Shown one piece after another: positions 27,021 through 37,930 of a DNA stretch of 64,000 bases (within the stretch, counting starts at the first letter, position 1; each line of letters opens with the position of its first letter). The stretch covers positions 2,336,001 through 2,400,000 of the forward strand of contig CBDCTZ010000016.1 of assembly GCA_965222375.1 (NCBI GenBank). Reading direction: 5' to 3'. The translations under genes were made by a program, and so were the position numbers. The notes under the pieces were generated by a model. It was given only the letters and a program-made list of their open reading frames with translations. It searched no databases and was not told where the DNA came from. Source of the stretch: Polyangiaceae bacterium (GTDB taxonomy: Bacteria > Myxococcota_A > Polyangia > Polyangiales > Polyangiaceae).

Positions 27021-28486
27021 CCTACTTTGGCGAAGTTCGATGTCTTGAGCACGTAGGACAATCGAACTGTGAAAACCGGGGTGTGGAGAGGTGGGGAAGG
27101 TAGCAACCAGCGGCGCCGTTTTCGCTGGGAGCGGAGTAGTGGGGAGGTTTCTGTTGAAGCGCTGCTTTTTGGCAGCTGTCGGGCGAGCGCAAGACGCACG
27201 TCCGCGTGAGCGGGGCAGGCGTGTGCCGCTCAGCTCGGCCCGCCCGGGAACCCGAACACCAGCTGCTCAGGCACGGGCAGTGGAGCACGAGGGACCGGAG
27301 GAGCTCGCGGTCCAATCCCGTGCTCGGCCAGAAGGCGCGTGATGTCGGCGCGGGTGGTTGCAACTTCGGCCCAGCGAAGCGGGCCGTTGCAGCGTGGGCA
27401 GTGCTCCAGGTCCGCCTTGAATACGTGGGCGAGCAGCCACGCCCAGCGCTTGCGTGATGGGGGAGCGTCGCCGAACTCATCGAGCAACTCGAGTTGATCG
27501 CCTCGAGCGGGAGGGGGCTTGTTTGCGACGTCGTCGGCGGGCGGGTCGGGCACGACTCGTGCACGGTGCGAGGAATGGCTGGAGAGCACGCCAAAGTACC
27601 TCAGCATGTGAAAGCGTGGGGGTGGCACTGCAGCGACGAGGCGCGCAATCAGGTCGTGGGGCTCGAGAACGAGCGCACGTGTGCCGTCCCGCCATGGTTT
27701 CTTGAAGCTGAGCTCGAGCTTGGCGTCTGTGCGTCGTTCGAGGCGGTCTTGGGCGACAGGTGGTCGCGTGATGTACTTACAAATTCGCTCGACGCGGCGG
27801 CGGTCGCGGCCGTCGACGACCTGGGCGGCGTGGATGTTGATGCCGCGCACTTCGGTGGGCTGGTCGGAGATGTCGGAGGCGCGTGGAAGCGCGGGCGGCT
27901 CCTGCGGAAGCAGCAGGCGAAGCAACGGCTTGCCGGCACGCTCGCCAGCGACGGAAATACCCTGCGCAGCGGCAGCGTAGCAGCCTGTGAGAGCAGGCTC
28001 ATCCAGGCAGAGCTGCTCGGGCTCGGCGTCGCCAAACTCAGGGTCGAGGCTGCGGCCGTGCGCTTTCAAGATCTTCTCGATTCGCGTTGCGGTGCGTGAC
28101 GCGACCTCGGCAACATCGAGGTGGGTCGGTGTGTCCAGCCCGACGAACTCGAGTGGAGCGTGAGGGTCGTCTCCTTGGTGCCAGTGCACGCCGTCGAGCA
28201 CGAGTGCGTGAAAATGCACGTTTAGTCGGAGAGCACTGTCCGTGCGCTGCACCGCGACCAGTGCGCCGGTCAGCAGGTCGCGTGCGCTAGCGAGCCCCAA
28301 CTGTTGTTTGGCACGCCAGCGCAGCGAGCGACGCACCTCGGTCATGAACCCGCTCACCACCTCGGAGCAGAGCTTGCGGTCATACCCCAGCAGCGCTCGC
28401 AGTCCCCAGGGCAATGAGCAGATCCAGTGACGGATGGGCACGCTTGGCAGCACCCGCGTTTCGAGATGCACAGCAGTATCGGCCAT

Positions 28487-28974
28487 CAGCAATACAACAT
28501 GATGCGCACAAGACCGGTGTGCGTACCGTCGTTTACGCGTGGCACCCGTTGCATGGTCAGGCCGTCGCGGTGGTTTGTCGTGGCGCTTTCGGCATGCTCC
28601 GCTGTTTGGTAGGCCCGGGCGCGCCGGACCGACTCGTGAGCATCCCTGCGTGGATGCTGGACCCGGTGTCCTGCGCGGGGATGCGGGTCGAAGCTGAACC
28701 GCGCGTGTCGATGAGCGCGCTCGAAGAGCTCCGCTGCCTGCTGGAGGAGTCCCGAGCGCTGGACATGGGGCACGAGTCGGGGGCACTGACGGCGCATGAA
28801 GAAGCGCAGACGAAGACGCGGGGTTCAAATGGTTCTGCCACAACCCGGCCCGCCGCTTCCGAGGTGGAAGGCACTTCCCGAAGCGTCGCGCAAGGAGGTC
28901 ATCACGCTGCTCGCCGAAGCGCTCCGACAACACAGCCGACGACAACTCGGAAGACGAAAGGGAGGTCATCATGA
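28487..28974 (+). CDS. Accessory ORF of the recombinase element (YAWHP...IPAWMLD); no good start in the integrated state
   Basis: Open frame begins at the element's left junction; overlaps the recombinase start. Confidence 0.55.
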
Positions 28975-31055
28975 ATGAGAAGATCGGCGAACACCACGTG
29001 GCGCGACGCGCGATCCTGTACGTACGCCAGTCGTCCCAGCAACAGCTGATGAACAACCGCGAAAGCCAGCGGCAGCAATACGCGATGCGTGACCGATTGC
29101 GCGAGTTGGGGTTTCGCGAGGTCGACGTGATCGATGAGGACCTGGGCAAATCGGCAGCTGGGTCCGTCGAGCGCAGAGGTTTCCGCCGGCTGGTCGCTGA
29201 CGTTTCCCTTGGTCAGGTGGGTGCCGTGGCCGCCCGGGAAGTTTCGCGTTTCGCGCGCAACAGTCGGGAGTGGCAGCAACTCATCGAGATCTGTCGCGTG
29301 GTCGACACGCTGCTGGTGGATCACGACACGGTGTATGCGCCGCGACATAGCAACGACCGTTTGCTCTTGGGGCTCAAGGGCAGCCTCAACGAGTACGAGC
29401 TCGACCTGCTACGCATGCGTGGATTGGAGGCACAAAGGCAGAAAGCGCAGCGCGGGGAATTGGTTGCGGGCGTTCCGGTGGGTTACCGAGTGGGAGGTGA
29501 TGGACGCCTCGAGAAGGCGCCGGACGCACGTATCCGGCAGGCCATCGAGCTAGTCTTCTCCAAGTTCTTCGAACTGGGTAGTGCGCGACAGGTGGTGATA
29601 TGGATGCGCGAGAGCGGCATTCAGACACCCGTGAACCGCAATCGGCGTGGCGAGGTTGTCTGGAAGAAGCCGACGGCCGACTTCGTCTATCGGACACTGA
29701 AGAATCCGATTTATGCGGGCGCCTACGTGTACGGACGGACCAAAGTCCACACCCGTATCGTGGACGGGCAGCCCCGACGTGCCGCTACGCGAGTGCCTCG
29801 AGACCAGTGGTCGGCGTTGCTTCGGGACCGTCACGAGGCATATATCAGCTGGGAGCAGTTCGAGCGTGCGTGACAAATGTTGTCAAAGAACGAACAGAGG
29901 CGAGGAGCAGCAGGAGCACCCAAGGGTGGCGCTGCACTCCTGGGCGGCCTCGTTTGGTGTCGCCGTTGCGGCCGCCGCCTGGGCGTGAGTTATAGCGGGA
30001 CAAAGCAAGGTATTGCTCGCTACACATGCAACGATGACCACGACCGCTCCGGTGGACCGCGATGCATCTCGTTCAGCGCAACCGACGTGGACGCGCAGAT
30101 CGTCGAGCGGGTGCTCGCTGTCGTGCGGCCGGGTGCGATCGAAGCTGCCCACGTTGCATGGGACCAGGACGTGGCGGAACGTGATGATGCCGTGGCTGCG
30201 CTGGAACTGCAGCTGCAACAGGCGCGCTACGAGGCTCAACGCGCTGAACGTCAATACGATGCTGTCGAGCCTGAAAACCGCACCGTGGCCGTCGAACTCG
30301 AGCGCCGATGGAATACTGCCCTCGAAGCCGTACGCACAGTCGAGCAGCGCATCGGCGAGGCCACGGCAACGCGGGCAGAGGTCTCGCGCCCACCCGACAT
30401 CGGGCGATATCTCGAGCTCGCACGCGACGTGGAACGCGTGTGGACAGCGCCTACGACCAAGCCATCCACGAAGAAGCGCATCACGCGCGCTGTGGTGGAG
30501 CAGGTTTGGGTTGACGTGGACACCGAGCGCTCCGAGATCCTCCTCGTCGTGCACTGGAAGGGAGGGGTGCACACCGAGTTACGTGTCCCCAAGCGTCGCA
30601 CTGGCCAACGTCGCAACACCACAGCTGCCGAAGTCGTCGAAGCCGTGCGCGTGCTCGCGCGCGTCATGGGCGACATGCAGATCGCCCGATGGCTTGGGCG
30701 CGCTGGTGTGCGCACGCCCACGGGAGGCCACTACAGCCGGGCGCTGGTCGCGTCTGTACGCCATCGATACAAGATCGAACCGTGCTCGAAGCAGCGTGAT
30801 CGGGGCGAATGGCTGACCTGCGAAGAAGCTGCAGCTCTTGTTCAGGTCGATCCGAAGACGCTACGACGCGCAGCGCAGCGAAACGAAATTCCCTCGCAGC
30901 ATCCGCTACCGAATGGACCCTGGATCTTCGCTCGCAGCGATGTCGTGGGCTCGGACGCAGCCGAGCGCATCACCACCCGAGCACGTGCATACCGACAAGG
31001 CAAGAACACTGGACCTGCACCGAACCAACTCAACCTAACAATTCCAAAGACATAG
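28971..31055 (+). pseudogene. Large serine recombinase with in-frame TGA at 29871-29873
   Basis: YVRQSS catalytic Ser, DEDLG.S, SRFARN, recombinase and Zn-ribbon domains; both ORFs are in the same frame. Confidence 0.9.
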
Positions 31056-31519
31056 CGAGGTGATGCATCATGAAGCGTCCTTCATGCGACGTCCGAGACA
31101 AGATGGACAGAAGCCGCGTCGCTTGCAGCTGAATGCCACCAGCTCCGAGTAGCCGCAGTCGCGACAGGCCAGGCGCAAACACCCATGCTCGAGCAAACCG
31201 CAGCGCAGGTACTCCTCGAACTCGGCCGTCACGAAGCGAGGCAGACCGCCCTGCTCCTCTGCACGCTCCAGGAACGCCGGCCAGTGCTCGGCCACCGTCT
31301 GATAGAGCACGGTGGTTTCCGGCCGGTGACGGAAGCGCGAGCGCTCCGTTTCACGGCGAGGGTGTGCGTGCGCTGGGTGGCCCACGCCATGGCGTCAGCC
31401 AGGGGCGTGCCAGCGACGGTCTGCTCGTATCTGCGCGCAATACGGGCCCATCAGGGTGGCGAATCTGCCCGCCGGCACTGGTGAACTGCCAGCGGCGGGC
31501 AGCAGCAGACCTCGACAAG

Positions 31520-32085
31520 CGACCCACCACTGTCGCGCGTTCCACGGGGAGCGCCAAATACGACTCAAACCAAACCAAACACACAAGTCGAAGGCATTCG
31601 TCTTCCCGCATGCCGGGGTCACCGGCTGGAGGCTGCGCCAGGATCGAGTTGCTCAATCTGGACGTGGTGCTGCCGGGTGAGATGAAGACCCTGCTCAACC
31701 GCGTGATCGAGGCCGAGAAGGAAGCGGCCGCGAACGTTATCCTCCGTCGTGAGGAAACCGCCGCGACGCGATCCCTGGCCAACACCGCACGTGTCATGAC
31801 GGATCAGCCGATGCTGCTCCGTCTGAAGGAGCTCGAGAGCTTCAAGGAAATCGCGGGAAACATCCAGGAGGTGCGTCTCGTGGTGGGTGCCGACTCGCTC
31901 AAGGCACTGCTTCCGGCCGACATGCTCGGCAAGGCTCCCAATGGCAGCTAGAGCGTCGATGCCCCGCCCCTAAAAGGACCGGGGGGCGGGGGCATCGGTC
32001 TATTCGCGCTTGCCTGAAAACGCAGGCAGCAGTTGTTCCGCGCGTGCAATGAGCACGCGGTGCTTCTCGTCGCATGGGTTGTTGA
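31520..32085 (+). repeat. Internally deleted copy of the slipin locus (motif A, leader, 3' CDS 31660-31951, terminator, motif B)
   Basis: Colinear with 10838-10980 and then 11775-12223. Confidence 0.9.
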
Positions 32086-32573
32086 TGGACGGCGGGGCTA
32101 GCAACCCCACCACGCCCTGCAGCGTTTTCCCGGGAGTTTCACCCAGCCGCGAGTTGGGAGTTCACAGCCCGGCCCGAAACTGCGCTTATGTGATTCGCAT
32201 TCGTTGTCGTGGGCGCAGAGCTGGCGAGCGGGTCGCGAGCGGTCACTCGAACATCGCGCTTGTTGATGGCCTGGCGGCGACCCAGGCCGCGGGTCGGCTC
32301 GGCGCCTGCCGCGCTGGGGTCCCTCAATCACTCAATCCAACTGCCCAGGTAACCAACTTTTGGAGCGTGCGGGGATTTCGGGGTGATTCTACATTCGGCG
32401 TGATATCACTGAAAAGACAGCCATGCGATCGACGATGAGCTTCCGGATTCGCGCGAAACCGTCCACAATTCCGCCTGGCGCCCCTGTCGCGAAAGCACTA
32501 CTTTGTTGAGAAACGCTGCACTCCAGCCGATATTGCTGGAGCCGAAGCTTGCGGAAGCCAACAGCGGTACGCT

Positions 32574-34622
32574 ATGTGGACTAGAGGTCGGATGGGCGCA
32601 ACGGGCTTGGTGCTGGGGGTCTCGAAGGCGGTTGACCTGGCGCTCGACGCGGTAGCGGAGCGTGGCCGCGCGTGGATCACCGGCCAGGTTGGCTCGGGGC
32701 GCAGAACCGCCGCGCTGAGGCTTCAGGAGGCCTTGGGCAGCGAGGCAGTAGTGGTTGAGTTGATCGACTCGGAGGAGCCCGATGCAGCCATTGCCGGCCT
32801 GTTCAGTGCCGCTTCGAAGCTACGTGACGAGCCGAAGCGAGAGCAGTGCATGCGCGACTGGTCGACCTTGGGTGACGGGGCGGCGCGGCTCGCCGAGAGC
32901 TTGGGAAGTGGTGCCACTCTAATTGTCCTGATGCCAAGTTCCTGGGAGGACGACCTGCGCGGCCAGTCGGACGATCTTCGGCAAGAGGCTGCCAAGCGGA
33001 ATCGCCAGTTCTTGCGAGGACTCACGACGACGGACCTGCGCATCGTCTGGATCACGAGCCGCACGATGTCGCCTTTCCTCTTGGGTGACCCAGCAGTGGA
33101 TAGCGCGGTCGGCCTCGCTGCTCCCAAGAATGCGCTGGCCCTGCTGCACACTGTTGATTGGGGCGCATACGCCGGCGCGGCCGGCGAACTCGAGAAGCGC
33201 GCAGACGAAGATGCACAACCCTCACCACTAGCGTTGCGCCTGGGAGTCGGTGTGGTCGCACTGGGTGGCCACCCGGAACGTGTAGCTGGCGTCCTGGAAC
33301 AGAACAACACTAGCGAAGCGCTACGGCTGCTCTGTGAAGATCTAGTCGCGGGGCTCGCTCAGGACGAGCACAGAGCCTGTCGACACGCCGTCTCGAAGCT
33401 GCTGCTAGCCCGTCGGCCGTTGAACCGTGCTCATCTGCCGGAATTGTTGGGCATTCCCGAGCAGCATGATGCTCTCATCACAAATTGTATCGGCTACGGC
33501 GATGACGAGGTGCGAGTCAGTCACCCAGTACGCACGAAGTTGCGGCGGGCTCCGGTGCTTCAACTTGATCCAAGCCGCACCGAACCGACGCATTCGAGGT
33601 TTTCCAAGCATTTCTCTATGCTCGACGGCAAGGCGACGGTTGCCGAAACTTCGGGAATGCAAACCCTTGCCTGGATCGAGAAGATCCATCATCAGGCCCG
33701 CTCCGCACAAGGCCCCTCCTTGGATAGCTTGCCCTGTCGGGAGATGTTCTGGGACCGGGGGCGCTACCTTAGCCGTGACAAGCAGGAGTACGCTGCTGCT
33801 GCTGAGGTGTACGCAAAGTGCGTGTCACGCTTTCGCGACGATTCCTACGCGCACCATTACCTGGCCTACAACCTCGAGCGGGCAGGGCAGCAGCGCAAGA
33901 GCGCTGAAGTTCACTTCCGTCGCGCAGTGGAACTCGAGCGCGAGAACCCTTGGTGGAACAGCCGTCTCGTGACGTTCTTGGTCGCACAAGGCCGACTGCG
34001 CGCCGCAAGAACTGCGTGGCAAGAGGCACTCTCGAACGTCGACCCTGACGGCGAGCGCGCGCAGTCGGACGACTGGCTCGCCCAGCACCTACATCACTGG
34101 GTAGCTCGTGGTTGGCTGGACGCTGGAAGAGTGGCTGACGCATTCGAGGTCTTGGAAGCAATCCCTGAGCGGCACTTCGAAGACAACACTCGGTTGCAGA
34201 AGTTGCGTGAGCGCGTGCTGGACGCCGTCGAGGCCGACGCAATCGGTGGAGCGGTGTATCCAGCCACAGTGCCCATGAAAGAACGGTGGACAGAGAAGCC
34301 CCGTGAGCTGCCGGAGGAGTACCAGAACTCGCCGCTTGATCAGTGGTTCCCGGGGCGCATCGTCCACGCCGATACCACTGGAGTCGACATCCTGTACGCC
34401 AGCCGACTTAGTACGACGGACTACGAGTCGCATACCACGCACATTGCGCCGGCCGACTGGCAGCGCCACGGGCTGGGGCCTAGCGAAGAAGCCCGCGGTT
34501 TTGTTGCGCTGGGCGTGTACCAGAACGGTCAGCGACTGATCCGAACTGTGGAGGAGAAGCGACCTGAGCGAGTCGCAGAGCTTCCGCTAGCGTACTTCGA
34601 CCGGTGGCGCTCCCGGGGATAG
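32574..34622 (+). CDS. Degenerate P-loop NTPase + TPR protein
   Basis: ITGQVGSGRRT Walker-A-like motif; TPR helices (YAHHYLAYNLE, AEVHFRRAVELE.ENPW). Confidence 0.7.
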   Translation: MWTRGRMGATGLVLGVSKAVDLALDAVAERGRAWITGQVGSGRRTAALRLQEALGSEAVVVELIDSEEPDAAIAGLFSAASKLRDEPKREQCMRDWSTLGDGAARLAESLGSGATLIVLMPSSWEDDLRGQSDDLRQEAAKRNRQFLRGLTTTDLRIVWITSRTMSPFLLGDPAVDSAVGLAAPKNALALLHTVDWGAYAGAAGELEKRADEDAQPSPLALRLGVGVVALGGHPERVAGVLEQNNTSEALRLLCEDLVAGLAQDEHRACRHAVSKLLLARRPLNRAHLPELLGIPEQHDALITNCIGYGDDEVRVSHPVRTKLRRAPVLQLDPSRTEPTHSRFSKHFSMLDGKATVAETSGMQTLAWIEKIHHQARSAQGPSLDSLPCREMFWDRGRYLSRDKQEYAAAAEVYAKCVSRFRDDSYAHHYLAYNLERAGQQRKSAEVHFRRAVELERENPWWNSRLVTFLVAQGRLRAARTAWQEALSNVDPDGERAQSDDWLAQHLHHWVARGWLDAGRVADAFEVLEAIPERHFEDNTRLQKLRERVLDAVEADAIGGAVYPATVPMKERWTEKPRELPEEYQNSPLDQWFPGRIVHADTTGVDILYASRLSTTDYESHTTHIAPADWQRHGLGPSEEARGFVALGVYQNGQRLIRTVEEKRPERVAELPLAYFDRWRSRG

Positions 34623-35827
34623 CTCCAATTGGGGAATTGGGGGAGCTGGATCGCAGCCTCCTGTACCTCTTCGTAGCTGGCCCGGGTGAGGGCGAAGGCA
34701 TAGCCATCGCGCTGCCCGGCGCGGGCTGGATTCTAGTGGACGGGTGCCGCTCCCAAAAAAAGGGTCGACCAGACCGATTTCCGCTGGAGAAGCTGGTTCG
34801 GACGTTTGCCAACGGCGACCGGGTCGAGCTGATGGTCTTGACCCATCCCCACCGCGATCACGTGCATGGATTCGCCGAGTTGCTTGAGACGCTACCTCCC
34901 CGACGCGTGGGCGTAGTGGGTGTGAGCGAGCCCATGCATACGATCGTGGACGAAGTAGACGAGCTGGTGCACCTACGCAAAACCGCGAGTACCGGTGACG
35001 CACTGAGGGCTGGCGCTGTCCTCACCGCTCTTCGTGCCATAGACACCTGGGTTGACGCAGGAGGAACACTGCTCGGCCTAAACGATGGGACCAAGATCGA
35101 GTACCGCGATGTGGGACTGCTCGCGCGGGCTCCGGATCCGGGCTACCTAGCCGAACTCGTCGAGCAAGGAGCGTTCGGGAAGGCTTGCCGCACTCGGACA
35201 AACTCGCTTAGCTGTGTTCTCGAGCTGCAGTACCGAAGTACGCGGGTCGTTCTTGGCGGTGACCTGCCAGTGCGCGACCACGGTGGGGAAATACCTTCGG
35301 GATGGAACCTCGTAATGAGACGGCACAAGCACTTGGGCTATCACCACGCTCTGAAAGTTCCCCACCACGGGTCGAAAGACGCCCTGCACGCCGACCTCGT
35401 CGGGCCTTTCGCCACGCACCGGGCGTGGGTGTTGACACCGTACAACTCGTCATCTCTCCCATGTACGGACGAAGACGACGGACTCGATCTGCTTCTGCGG
35501 GGGCAGAGCCCCGTCATGCTGACAGCCATGTCGCTCTCCAAACGCTTCCAAGTCGCGCAAGGGCAGGGCCGCGTCACGCCGCGGCAACTCGAAAGGATGG
35601 GCCGCGCGCTGAAGAAGGGTGGGACCTTCACGGACGAGGACTCCACCTATCGAACCGGGACGGCCCTCGACGCGCTGGACCCTGTATGGTGCGTGGCCCT
35701 GGATGACCGGTCGAACATCGTCGGGCGTTGGCGCGGGAATGCTGCGCTCGAAGTGTGGCACCAGAGCCCGCAGGATGGAAACGACGACAAGCCCGCTAGC
35801 GCGCCAGCTCAGCGCACGAGGCGATGA
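34604..35827 (+). CDS. MBL-fold hydrolase (ComEC-like)
   Basis: VGxG-like motif, LVDG, THPHRDH, N..S, LGGD, LKVPHHGS. Confidence 0.88.
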   Translation: MALPGIAPIGELGELDRSLLYLFVAGPGEGEGIAIALPGAGWILVDGCRSQKKGRPDRFPLEKLVRTFANGDRVELMVLTHPHRDHVHGFAELLETLPPRRVGVVGVSEPMHTIVDEVDELVHLRKTASTGDALRAGAVLTALRAIDTWVDAGGTLLGLNDGTKIEYRDVGLLARAPDPGYLAELVEQGAFGKACRTRTNSLSCVLELQYRSTRVVLGGDLPVRDHGGEIPSGWNLVMRRHKHLGYHHALKVPHHGSKDALHADLVGPFATHRAWVLTPYNSSSLPCTDEDDGLDLLLRGQSPVMLTAMSLSKRFQVAQGQGRVTPRQLERMGRALKKGGTFTDEDSTYRTGTALDALDPVWCVALDDRSNIVGRWRGNAALEVWHQSPQDGNDDKPASAPAQRTRR

Positions 35828-36161
35828 TCATTGCGGCCGCACTCAGCAAAAAGCGGGGGTGATGCCTGATGACAGAAGGTGTTCGCCATTCACGCGTGTG
35901 CATGGGCAACGCCCTAGTTCGGGGTGCAAGGAAAACGAGCCAATTCCTGACTGACGGCAACTACATCAAACACAAACGACAACTAGTCGTCACGACCACC
36001 GATCGCTGCCCGTAATAGATCTCCTGTGCTAGCTGCCGCTCTTGACCCCGAAAGCCCGCGTGTTCTGGTCAAAGACATAGGCGGCCCCGCCCAGCTCCTT
36101 CTTCACCAGAATCGTGCCGCTAAACTCCGACGGCTTCGAGACTTGCTTCTTGCGTTGATAT

Positions 36162-37193
36162 ATGCAGGTATCCCGCAGCGAGACTGCCGCGATCCATCAA
36201 GCCAAGAGCCTTCTGGGCGCTTGGCTCAAGGACCCTCACTTTCGTGTCGGGCGGCGCGACGGGCCAGATCTCCTGGTCCAGGACGGTCCGCTCAAGTTGG
36301 TGGTCCAGCTGAAAGCCAGCGCCGACGCAGCTGCCGTCAGTAGGGCTGTTGTGCAAGCGAAACAACATGTGGAGCGTCAGCGTGCCGTGCCCGTGGTTGC
36401 CACGCCGTTCATGGGCGAACTGGGCAAGCGTATCTGCGCCGATGCCGGAGTCTCGTGGTTCGACCTTTCCGGTAACGCGTGCATTGTGGCGCCGGGACTA
36501 CGGATCATCATCGAGGGAAAGCCCAATAAATTCCTCAGACGCGGACGTCCCTCATCGGCATTCGCACCCAAGAGCGCGCGAGTAGCGCGGCATCTTCTTG
36601 TGCATCACCCAAAGACGTTTCGCCAACAAGACATCGCTCGCGACACGGGCCTCGATGATGGCTTTACCAGCCGGATCGTCCGGAGGCTCCAGGGCGACGG
36701 GTACGCCGAGCGAGACGACAGCGGGCTAATTCGGGTGCTCGCTCCCAACCTGCTTCTCGACGCTTGGTCTGCTGCGTACAGCTTCGACAAACACACAGTC
36801 CTTCGGGGGCACGTCACGGCGAGGAGCGGTGACGTGCTGCTCCGACGACTGGCAGTGCAACTCACGCGCTCGAAGCTCAGGCATGCCGCGACGGGGCTTG
36901 CGGCAGGGTGGCTTCTCACTGAGTTCGCAGGCTTCCGCCTCGTCTCGTTCTTCGTCGACTCGCTGCCGAGCGATGGGGCACTCCAAGCAATGGGCTTTCG
37001 CGAAGAGCCCAAAGGCGCAAATGTCTGGTTTGTGCTGCCCAACGACGAAGGGGTGTTCGACGGCTCGGCGAAGGTTGACGGAATCCAATGCGTCCACCCA
37101 GTACAGGCGTACCTCGATCTGCTCGCTCATCCGGAGCGAGCCAAGGAAGCAGCGGCCGAATTGAGGTCCCGTGCTCTAGGGTGGAGGTCCTGA
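36162..37193 (+). CDS. AbiEi-like type IV TA antitoxin / regulator
   Basis: SWFDLSGN, wHTH (RQQDIARDTGL..GFTSRIV), HPVQAYLDL...ER.KEAA. Confidence 0.82.
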   Translation: MQVSRSETAAIHQAKSLLGAWLKDPHFRVGRRDGPDLLVQDGPLKLVVQLKASADAAAVSRAVVQAKQHVERQRAVPVVATPFMGELGKRICADAGVSWFDLSGNACIVAPGLRIIIEGKPNKFLRRGRPSSAFAPKSARVARHLLVHHPKTFRQQDIARDTGLDDGFTSRIVRRLQGDGYAERDDSGLIRVLAPNLLLDAWSAAYSFDKHTVLRGHVTARSGDVLLRRLAVQLTRSKLRHAATGLAAGWLLTEFAGFRLVSFFVDSLPSDGALQAMGFREEPKGANVWFVLPNDEGVFDGSAKVDGIQCVHPVQAYLDLLAHPERAKEAAAELRSRALGWRS

Positions 37194-37861
37194 TGACGAA
37201 GCCGAGAACCGCAGCGGGGTACGAGTCCGTGCAGGTGCGGCACGTGCGGGCAGCATGCCTCTACCTGGCGACTAAGCTCGGCGACCTGCTGGACGAGTTG
37301 GTAGTCGTCGGTGGTCTCGTGCCGTCGCTGCTAGTCGATCAGGCCGAAGCAAAAGTGGAGAAGCACGTCGGAACGCTCGACCTCGACATCGGCATGGAGG
37401 TCGCGATTCTCGACGACAAGCGCTACGAAGTGCTCACCGAGAGGCTCCGTGCTGCCGGGTTCGAGCCGGACGAGAACGAAAAGGGCAACCAGACGTGCCA
37501 GCGCGCGACCATCCGCGGCGAAGAAGCACGACGGCAGATCTGCGTGTGTGGGGCAGGCGCGTTTGTCGTGATGAAGGCCCTCGCGTTCCGGAGCCGTGGC
37601 GAGAATAAGGACGCCTACGACATTACCTACCTGCTGCGAAACTTCGGAACTGGCCCTAGCGACGTTGCTGCCCGCCTCTTGCCGCACGCTGATAGAGCAG
37701 AAGTGAAGGAAGCCATCCGCCTGCTCTCCGAGGATTTCGAGACTGTCGACAGCATTGGACCGCGAAGAGTCTCGGAGTTTCTCTTCGATGCACGACACGA
37801 CGAGACCCAGGCCGACGCTTTGGGCGCGGTTCGGGATCTGCTGGACGTGCTCGGGACATGA
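37193..37861 (+). CDS. Nucleotidyltransferase toxin-like protein (AbiEii/MenT-like), possibly internally deleted
   Basis: VVVGGLVP, HVGTLDLD, K..A...R...KDAYD; TGATG coupling to the upstream gene. Confidence 0.78.
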   Translation: MTKPRTAAGYESVQVRHVRAACLYLATKLGDLLDELVVVGGLVPSLLVDQAEAKVEKHVGTLDLDIGMEVAILDDKRYEVLTERLRAAGFEPDENEKGNQTCQRATIRGEEARRQICVCGAGAFVVMKALAFRSRGENKDAYDITYLLRNFGTGPSDVAARLLPHADRAEVKEAIRLLSEDFETVDSIGPRRVSEFLFDARHDETQADALGAVRDLLDVLGT

Positions 37862-37930
37862 AGAGCTGGGCGCGTTGGAGAACGAACCGTGAAGGGCGCG
37901 GAAAGCGAGCGAGGCGGTTTTGGTTGAGGG

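Larger units (their letters stand above)
28487..31085 (+). mobile_element. 2.6-kb large-serine-recombinase element inserted in the IS91-like transposase
   Basis: CAT present at both junctions (28484-28486 and 31083-31085); removing the element restores the transposase frame. Confidence 0.9.
27230..31385 (-). mobile_element. IS91-like (Y2/HUH) transposase gene split into 31083-31385 and 27230-28486
   Basis: SCKRRGFCPSCLGRRM joins ADTAVHL...; HFH motif (LNVHFHALVLDG), CKYITRPP, C-terminal CPRC. Confidence 0.9.

Noticed and set aside
29871..29873. Selenocysteine or programmed readthrough at the recombinase TGA
   Set aside because: Not at an evident Cys or catalytic position and no SECIS-like hairpin recognised; a nonsense mutation or sequencing error is simpler.
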